Below, piece by piece: positions 52,171 to 64,000 of a stretch of DNA of 64,000 bases (positions are counted from its first letter, which is position 1; the number at the start of each line of letters is the position of its first letter). Source of the stretch: a virus; IMG/VR virus record IMGVR_UViG_3300032282_006300, positions 59,831 to 123,830 of that record; one strand, 5' to 3'. The notes beneath the pieces were generated by a model that saw only the letters and a program-made list of their open reading frames with translations, ran no database searches and was not told where the DNA came from. Position numbers and translations under genes: made by a program.

Positions 52171-53871
52171 CTATGCCGGTGTTTCGGTGACGGTGCCAGA
52201 ATTCAAATCAATACTAAATTCAACATTAATGTAGTTCAAAGGAATTGCAGGCAAGTAAGCAAATTTACAGTCAATGACTGTAGGATCTCCCGTGGGAGCA
52301 GTTTCTTGGCGAACAAGCAAATTTTGCCAATCAACAATAATTTCGTCATCCTTGGCACGTTCCAGAATGCCGGACAAGATGCTCTTAACTTCACTTGTGG
52401 TTTCATAGGTAATTGGTTCACCAATAAGATCCGCATTTTCCAAACCATTGTAAACCGACTGGAAGAGAGCATCAGAAATACGGGTAAGACTGATTTCGCG
52501 GTAGTTAAGGGCCCGCATATCGGTCGAAACACCGTGGCGAATTGTAAACCGAGAAAGTCGGTCAATTTCAGTAACTGCCACACCACTAGAAGAAAGATTG
52601 TTCTTGTCGTTTTGTGTCCAAAGATTGATATCGTATGGAAAACTGGTAAAACCAGAAACGATTTGTTTGGTCAACCCGCGGTTTGGCTTATTGCTGGCCA
52701 ACATACCCGCGTACGCAACAGCAAGCCAAGATCCATCGGCGGCCAAAATTGGCTTAGCACCAGCGATAGCAAGATTTACGCGGTTGGGGTAAGCAACGAC
52801 GATGCGCTTGTCTTGCAAATTTTGTGCAAGTGCCGTATGCAATTCAATATTGGTTTTTGTTGTTAAGTCATCAACCAAGGTAGCAGGCGCACCAACAATC
52901 CCGATTCGACCAAAACCGGCGGTAGAGGCTGCATTAATTGAGGCTTGAAAACTTGTGCAAAATGCTTCAAAAGAAGAAGAATCGCCCATTGTGCTATCTG
53001 CACTTACAGTTAGCAAAGGAACTACAACGCCTACGTGATAATCAGATGAAATTTTTAAATAAGCATCTTCTAATTGGTCGGAATAATTTCCAATATTTGA
53101 ATTGGTCGCAACGAGCATAATTTGAGTAGCCCCATTGTCAAATGCAATTTTGGCTGCAGTTGTCAACGGAGAATTAATAGTTGCATCTTTGGTAATTGGG
53201 TCAATTGTAAAAGCATCGCCATATTGAGCCGAAACAGCAAAATAATCTGAATAAATTCCTGGAACAAAATAACCAAGATTTACGTAATTGTAAGAAACAA
53301 CAACTTTGTTTGTAGAGTCAATATTTGTAGGACTTCCACCATCAATACGTACAACAAGAGTTGTATCAGTTTCGGCACCCAAATCGGGAACATCGGGAAT
53401 AATCAACAAAGAATATTCACCATCAACCAGAGGGGTACCTGCGCTATTTTTTACAACCACTGTGTTAGCAATAACGCCCGTGTAATATAGATTTGCATAT
53501 CCAGCAACCGTAAGTTCTACTTCGGTATCTGTGTCTGTTGCGTTGTTGCTAAGAGTGATAGTATTTCCATCTTCTGGATCAACTGCAAAAGAATCAATTA
53601 CAGTGTCTACGGGAATTCCCGCCCCTGATATAGGAAGACCAACTTTTAACGATGAAATGTTTGAAACATTTGTAATAACATCGCTACCTGATGTAACATC
53701 ACCATTAATAGTAATGTCCGTTAGAGTAATTTCTTCAACGTATTGTTGGTATCCACGAGATGGTCCAATAATACAAGCGAGACTTGTAATTGCGCCACTT
53801 GCGGTCACAATAGGGCGAGATACGTCTTCGACATAAATGCCCGGTGGGTTATAACCTGTTCCGAATGCCAC
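52171..53871 (-). CDS. Tail sheath protein
   Basis: YNPPGIYVED, AFDNGA, IRHGVST, REIS, YLPAIPLNYINVEF. Confidence 0.92.
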   Translation of the reverse strand: MAFGTGYNPPGIYVEDVSRPIVTASGAITSLACIIGPSRGYQQYVEEITLTDITINGDVTSGSDVITNVSNISSLKVGLPISGAGIPVDTVIDSFAVDPEDGNTITLSNNATDTDTEVELTVAGYANLYYTGVIANTVVVKNSAGTPLVDGEYSLLIIPDVPDLGAETDTTLVVRIDGGSPTNIDSTNKVVVSYNYVNLGYFVPGIYSDYFAVSAQYGDAFTIDPITKDATINSPLTTAAKIAFDNGATQIMLVATNSNIGNYSDQLEDAYLKISSDYHVGVVVPLLTVSADSTMGDSSSFEAFCTSFQASINAASTAGFGRIGIVGAPATLVDDLTTKTNIELHTALAQNLQDKRIVVAYPNRVNLAIAGAKPILAADGSWLAVAYAGMLASNKPNRGLTKQIVSGFTSFPYDINLWTQNDKNNLSSSGVAVTEIDRLSRFTIRHGVSTDMRALNYREISLTRISDALFQSVYNGLENADLIGEPITYETTSEVKSILSGILERAKDDEIIVDWQNLLVRQETAPTGDPTVIDCKFAYLPAIPLNYINVEFSIDLNSGTVTETPA

Positions 53872-53897
53872 CCTAAGCCTCCTATAGACTAACGGTT

Positions 53898-53935
53898 CCT
53901 ACCCTTTCGGCGGGATTAAAGGCAAGAGGGACAGG
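53898..53935 (-). promoter_or_regulatory. Candidate late-promoter motif, copy 3
   Basis: CCTGTC-N21-GAAAGGGTAGG. Confidence 0.6.
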
Positions 53936-53940
53936 ATAAA

Positions 53941-54594
53941 TTAATGCCAATCGTTGATTAGGCCGGTTGAGGGTGGATCTTCCGGAAAAGCGTCGGTAAT
54001 TGAAGGATCGTAATATGGTCGCATTTCAACAATTTTAATATCAGAAAGCCTGTAAAGTGCCCCATTTTGAACGTCGGGAATAAATTCTCCAATTACGTTA
54101 ACGTTCAAGGTTCGTTCATAAATAATCTCATCTGTGCCCCAAGGAGTTCCTGGGGCCGCATTGTTTCCACGAGGCTGAACGGTATCAAAATCAACGTTGG
54201 TTGCAATAAACTCATTGTCTTCAATTGTGTGGCGAAATACTGAAGTTTCTGGGGCAGATAGACCAAATGCTAAAATTTTAACCAATTCATCATACAAACG
54301 GTCGCGTTCATAAGAAGAAAGGGCGACTACCGTATATGAAGCATAACCAGAAAAACGCCAGCGGGTAAATGGTACTGGCCCCAAATTAGTTTCTTTAAAT
54401 TCGATATGTCCGGTTCCGGCAATTTTTAAAGCATCGGTATCGTCATAATCTACCCAAATTCCGGGATAATCTTGTTCTTGAATGGGGTATTCAATACCGA
54501 TTTTGGTGTTCTGCCATTCAGCGATCAAATAATCCTCATTCAAGGTATTTTTCAACGCTTCAACAAGCAACGTTTTAAGCGGTGCCAGATACAT
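53941..54594 (-). CDS. Tail completion/terminator-like neck protein
   Basis: Upstream of the sheath; IEYP...YPGIWV, ERDRLYD. Confidence 0.6.
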   Translation of the reverse strand: MYLAPLKTLLVEALKNTLNEDYLIAEWQNTKIGIEYPIQEQDYPGIWVDYDDTDALKIAGTGHIEFKETNLGPVPFTRWRFSGYASYTVVALSSYERDRLYDELVKILAFGLSAPETSVFRHTIEDNEFIATNVDFDTVQPRGNNAAPGTPWGTDEIIYERTLNVNVIGEFIPDVQNGALYRLSDIKIVEMRPYYDPSITDAFPEDPPSTGLINDWH

Positions 54595-54616
54595 CAGAAC
54601 ACATCCAATACACTAA

Positions 54617-55327
54617 TCATTTATCCATCCGCCCGGCCCAAGTTCCATCGGTTACATAGATAATTGTTGGCAAAAAACCGTATCGTTGTGAGACGGTGGT
54701 TAAAGAGTTGTTAAGGAACAGTCTAGGTTCTAAACCGGGATGGCGCCAACGCACACCAGTGTTGCCTTTTGAAATTTGACCACCAATACTGTTTCCATTT
54801 TCATCTTTTGTTCCGGCGGCATTTCTAGAACCGATTCTTCCGGGCGCTCCTGGATAAGAGGCAGGTTTGTCAGATACAAGATATTTGGCGCCGGTGTTGG
54901 GATCTTTATGAAATTTTTGAATTCTTGTACCTTTTTTGGCGGCTTTACGAAAAATCAAAGTTTGTTGGCGACCATCTACCGTTGTTCGAGTTTTAGCCTT
55001 TGGATTTTTAGCCTTAATAGCACCACCGGGATCGTTAACCCACATGGGAATAGTTTTGCCTGCCAAACTATTCATTGTAAAAGCACGAATACCTCGGTCT
55101 TGATACCAAACATATTTATCTTGCCACATAACACCAAAAAATCCTGGTCCGTAAACGGGTTCAATACGATCTGCGGCCGCACCAGTTACTTTTGGCATTT
55201 GTCTGCGTGCTTCACTTGTTGCTTGAAAAGCCATTTCGTAGGCTTTTGACATTTCTAACCCTTTGATCTTCATGATCAAACGATCAGGCGATTGAGAAAG
55301 AACGATCTCTGCGGTGGTAGATAGCAC
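54617..55327 (-). CDS. Neck / tail-completion protein (HK97 gp10-like), putative
   Basis: MPKVTG...YVWYQDRG...WRHPGLEPRLFL. Confidence 0.55.
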   Translation of the reverse strand: MLSTTAEIVLSQSPDRLIMKIKGLEMSKAYEMAFQATSEARRQMPKVTGAAADRIEPVYGPGFFGVMWQDKYVWYQDRGIRAFTMNSLAGKTIPMWVNDPGGAIKAKNPKAKTRTTVDGRQQTLIFRKAAKKGTRIQKFHKDPNTGAKYLVSDKPASYPGAPGRIGSRNAAGTKDENGNSIGGQISKGNTGVRWRHPGLEPRLFLNNSLTTVSQRYGFLPTIIYVTDGTWAGRMDK

Positions 55328-55329
55328 AA

Positions 55330-56070
55330 TTAATCCTCATCGGCGGGAATTAACGGTGCACGGATAATCTCAAAATCAGAAAAATTTGCTGGTTGTTGAG
55401 GGTGAATATTTAAAATTCCGCGCAAAACGTCTTTTGAAAAAGGAATATCGTAAGCAGGCGAAGTTGGATCTTCTTCAGCAGCGCGAGTATGGTTATACGT
55501 TAAATTTGATTGTCGTTGCCAAGGGTGAGAAAAACCGGAACGAAGAGTCATACGCGCGGGGGTGCGCAAACGGTAACGAACATTGTTTGTGCGAAAAACG
55601 TAATCACCATTTAATACGCGAAAATCGGGGGTTGTTTCTACAGTTAGTTCTTGAGTGTGAACTACACCGCGGGCTTGAAATGCTTCAGAATCGTCGGCAT
55701 CTGTGAAAATCGCCGGACGAACGATAATGGCTCGAAAACCGCCTTCGAAAGTGGTACCAAAACAATCAGGGCACTTGAATTGGCTGGACTGCCCGTAAGC
55801 CTCCGCAATTTTGCCCTGAGACACATAACAAGTTGGGCAACGGCCGACTAAACCTTTTTGAAAATCTGGAAGGTGCCACATAAGGGCAAATACGCAATAT
55901 TCGCCGACCGAATATAGGGCTTGGATGTGCCTTTGGCGTTCTTGTTCCACAGCCCAGTTCTGGGTTTTACGGACGTAATAGGGGTTACGGTACTTTTCCG
56001 GCTGTCCGTCATTGGGGTCCTCAATAAGAACCTCGTTGCCTGGAACGATGTTTTCCGTCATTTTACCCAC
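55330..56070 (-). CDS. Head-tail adaptor/stopper-like protein with Zn finger
   Basis: CPTC...CPDCFGTTFEGGF; position in the neck cluster. Confidence 0.55.
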   Translation of the reverse strand: MGKMTENIVPGNEVLIEDPNDGQPEKYRNPYYVRKTQNWAVEQERQRHIQALYSVGEYCVFALMWHLPDFQKGLVGRCPTCYVSQGKIAEAYGQSSQFKCPDCFGTTFEGGFRAIIVRPAIFTDADDSEAFQARGVVHTQELTVETTPDFRVLNGDYVFRTNNVRYRLRTPARMTLRSGFSHPWQRQSNLTYNHTRAAEEDPTSPAYDIPFSKDVLRGILNIHPQQPANFSDFEIIRAPLIPADED

Positions 56071-56080
56071 TTAAATCGGC

Positions 56081-56118
56081 TCTAACCTTTTCATAGCCAA
56101 AAAGGGGGTTGGAACAGG
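56081..56118 (-). promoter_or_regulatory. Candidate late-promoter motif, copy 4
   Basis: CCTGTT-N20-GAAAAGGTTAGA. Confidence 0.5.
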
Positions 56119-56121
56119 CTA

Positions 56122-57521
56122 TTAGCGGGATATGCCGTAGCCGCGCCTATAGCCAGATGGGGTTGGGTTTGGGTCTGGGTAATTCAAGACATAATTGCCG
56201 TAATCATCATCATTATAACCCCCAACGCGAATGTAATAGGTCTCTAAAGGTGTCGGGGTAAAAACAACTAGGGACGTATTGTTACCACCGCCTTCGTCGG
56301 CAGATGCGATCTCAACCAAATCTTCAATAGCAATTCCCGTGTAAATAAAAAGATAGGTGTCAAAATCTGAACCAATAGTGTGAATGATTGCGTCGCCAAC
56401 AAAATTTGCGTTTGGTACCCATTTAAACCAAACGCTATGTAATGTAGAACCTGGTTCGTTATCTTCAGGACCAGAATATGTATTATCTCCGCTTATTGAA
56501 GTACCGCTCAATAATGTGGCGTTGGCAAAATAATCATTTTCAACTGGGGGAATCGCAACAAAAGGAAGGGAATTGTCGGATATTTCGCTGGTGCCAATGG
56601 CGTTTGTTACAGTGTAATTAATGTATAAAGAACCAAATTGTGGATAATTTCGAACATCGTCTACAATACTTAACCCAGTGGGGTCTTGCCCATTATTAAT
56701 GTATTGAAAGTCAGAAATAAGTTCATTGGCTGAATTATAAAGATAAGAATGGAAATTTGTAATTGCAGATCCACCATTGTCGGGATAACCATAAGTTCTG
56801 ACAACATTGGGATAATAATCATAAATATCAAAAATTGGCGTGTTCGGTTTGGCGGGAACGCTAGACGCAGGAGTTGTTCCTCCAATCAAAGTTGCGCTAT
56901 TGAGATTCCATGTACCGTATGCTCCACCCGTCGCGGCGGCAATAAAAAATCTAACATTAACATTACGCGAAGGTAACGTAATGTTCGTCGGATTAAGAAT
57001 GTTGGTTCCATCTTTTAATAATTGAAAAGAATAGGTAGAACCGCTAACGTAATTAGCCACTAATTTATAATTATGTATTCCAGTAAAACTAAGACCGTTA
57101 ACGGTTGAAATAACGGTACTGTTATTTCCATGTGTTGTTCTTTTACGTACTTGAAGATTGCTGTACCATTGACTGCAAAGAAATCCAACACCTGCAGGAC
57201 GATTAAGAGAATTATAATAATTTTCCCAACCTAGATCTCCACCATCGCCACCAATAGAAAATTCGTTTTCTTGATCGGCATAATAAATTCCAACATTAAA
57301 ACCGTCTGCTAAACCGGAAGCGTTCATGTCAAAATTAAATTCAAATGGGCGCATTGAAAAAGCAGATTTTGTTACAATATTTCCAACTTGGGAAGTGCTG
57401 GCGGCTAAATTAGCACAAGCAACAGTAAGAGAAGCATTTCCATTGGCCTGCCACTGGGCGCTGTTGGAAGAGTTGGGCGGATTTACAATTGTAGTCCACG
57501 ATGGATCGGTAACATAAGGCA

Positions 57522-57522
<1 letters not shown>
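56122..57522 (-). CDS. Virion adhesin-like protein: L-type lectin, FN3-like and PPC-like domains
   Basis: WQANGNA...ADGF...AATGG (legume-lectin pattern); DNGGSAIT...NAIGTS (FN3); NDYFANA...SVWFKW...GSDFDTYL...YYIRVGG (PPC). Confidence 0.65.
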
Positions 57523-59876
<2,354 letters not shown>

Positions 59877-59902
59877 TTCACGCCCTACCGGTGGGAGTTA
59901 CA

Positions 59903-59942
59903 TCTACACTCTTTCAGGGGCCTAATTTGGGCCCGAGACAGG
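59903..59942 (-). promoter_or_regulatory. Candidate late-promoter motif, copy 5
   Basis: CCTGTC-N21-GAAAGAGTGTAGA. Confidence 0.55.
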
Positions 59943-59944
59943 GT

Positions 59945-60313
59945 TTAGGCGGTCGGTGGGACAAACGGCTCAGGGACAATTTCGTCTCCCGTGACCACTC
60001 CAGCGATGTTGTCCCATACTTCTCCAGCAGCCGTTAAAAGGGTTGCATCAGAGACGGTGGGGTTACCATCTGTGTCGAAGGTGACTTCAGCCTGAACCGT
60101 AGAGTTCAATGCCAATGACCACGCGAAAGATTCAACCTTTTCACGGGCGTTAGCAATCACGGTTTGAGCCAAAGCATTACGCTTACGCGCCTTTGGAGAA
60201 CCGTCAAGAGCCACAGAGATAACCTCATTGGCCTTGATGACGCTCGCTACTTGAGCGAAGGTCTGGAAACTACCATTTCCTGCCAACGCTGCTACTTGTG
60301 TACTTGTTAACAT
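59945..60313 (-). CDS. Small virion / fibre-associated protein
   Basis: Likely start MLTSTQ at 60313 after AGGAAG; ends VWDNIAGV... Confidence 0.6.
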   Translation of the reverse strand: MLTSTQVAALAGNGSFQTFAQVASVIKANEVISVALDGSPKARKRNALAQTVIANAREKVESFAWSLALNSTVQAEVTFDTDGNPTVSDATLLTAAGEVWDNIAGVVTGDEIVPEPFVPPTA

Positions 60314-60320
60314 GTTCTTC

Positions 60321-61069
60321 CTATCTTCTAATGGATGGACCATATGCCGTTGGACCAACGGCTCCAACGCCAACTACAATTGTTGATGTTTGCCAAAATG
60401 GGAGTCCATAGGGTGTATCACTTACATATCCAGGTATTGTAAAAGTTTTAGACCCAGGATTTGTTGTTGACGATAACGTTTTATAGCATGTTAAATTATA
60501 ATGATCTATCCATGCTGACCCATAACCATTTTCATCAATTATTTCTTGATAATAACCAGTGTTTAGTTCTGTATACCCAGATGGTGCATTCATACCTGAA
60601 TCTGAAGGTTGGTAAACAACAAACCCACCACCAAAATCATAATAATATCCTTGAGTATCTCTTCTTGCCGTTATTATATGTAAACCATCTGAAGTAGATA
60701 AAGTTTGGTTATTTTTAGGTGGAACAGATACGGGAACCCAACCGTTTCCAGGCCCTTGATCTTCCTGAGCAAATGTTCCGGCAGCATAGTCAATATATGT
60801 TCCAGGAGTACTAAATGCGATGCCATTTCCATACAACCCCGGCCAATTTCCTGAAGCCCCATTTGGATTATCTGTGGATGTACCATTTGCAGTCCGTGTT
60901 AAAACACGACCAACACTGTCATTTAGTCCAGAATAAACAGTCCATCCAGTAGGTACTGTCTGGGTATTTGCTGGATTATTTGTTCCTATCCAAACCAAAA
61001 AGTCTCCAGCCACTGGACTTACTGACCAGCCACTATAATTGTGATATCCTCTAATTACTGGCGTAGTCA

Positions 61070-61070
<1 letters not shown>
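60321..61070 (-). CDS. Gly/Thr-rich virion protein
   Basis: AGDFLVWI...VPTGWT...APSGYT repeats typical of fibre-associated proteins. Confidence 0.6.

Positions 61071-64000
<2,930 letters not shown>

Overview
64 kb of a large, apparently lytic myovirus (contractile-tail dsDNA phage). Gene content and order resemble Bxz1/cluster-C-like actinophages, but the DNA looks AT-rich by eye. Almost all genes are on the minus strand. From right to left: collagen-like fibre/adhesin genes (56-64 kb); neck, sheath, tube, frameshifted tail chaperone, tape measure, NlpC/P60 hub and baseplate (35.7-56 kb); SNF2 helicase, phosphoesterase, HslV-like peptidase, 5'-nucleotidase, holin and endolysin (29.9-35.6 kb); a replication/recombination block with dNMP kinase, 5'-3' exonuclease, helicase loader, DnaB, class II RNR, primase, J-like protein, SSB, DnaE, RecA, two resolvases and a Cas4-like nuclease (11-28 kb); then a sigma-r4 HTH protein, terminase and a 1441-aa multi-enzyme protein. 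Four observations stand out. (1) The 1441-aa protein is an array of ART, 4x GNAT and nucleotidyltransferase modules separated by a repeated LLQHFA-S-x-E/D-D-PFL motif, a candidate virion-packaged, protease-processed effector polyprotein. (2) A bipartite motif CCTGTY-N20/21-GAAARRGT precedes five genes (candidate phage late promoter), including that polyprotein. (3) An Hfq/Sm-like gene is directly preceded by a promoter-plus-terminator small RNA unit, and two further candidate promoter-to-terminator ncRNAs occur elsewhere. (4) A long hairpin joins the ssb stop codon to the dnaE start. All calls were made by eye from motifs; no database searches were run.
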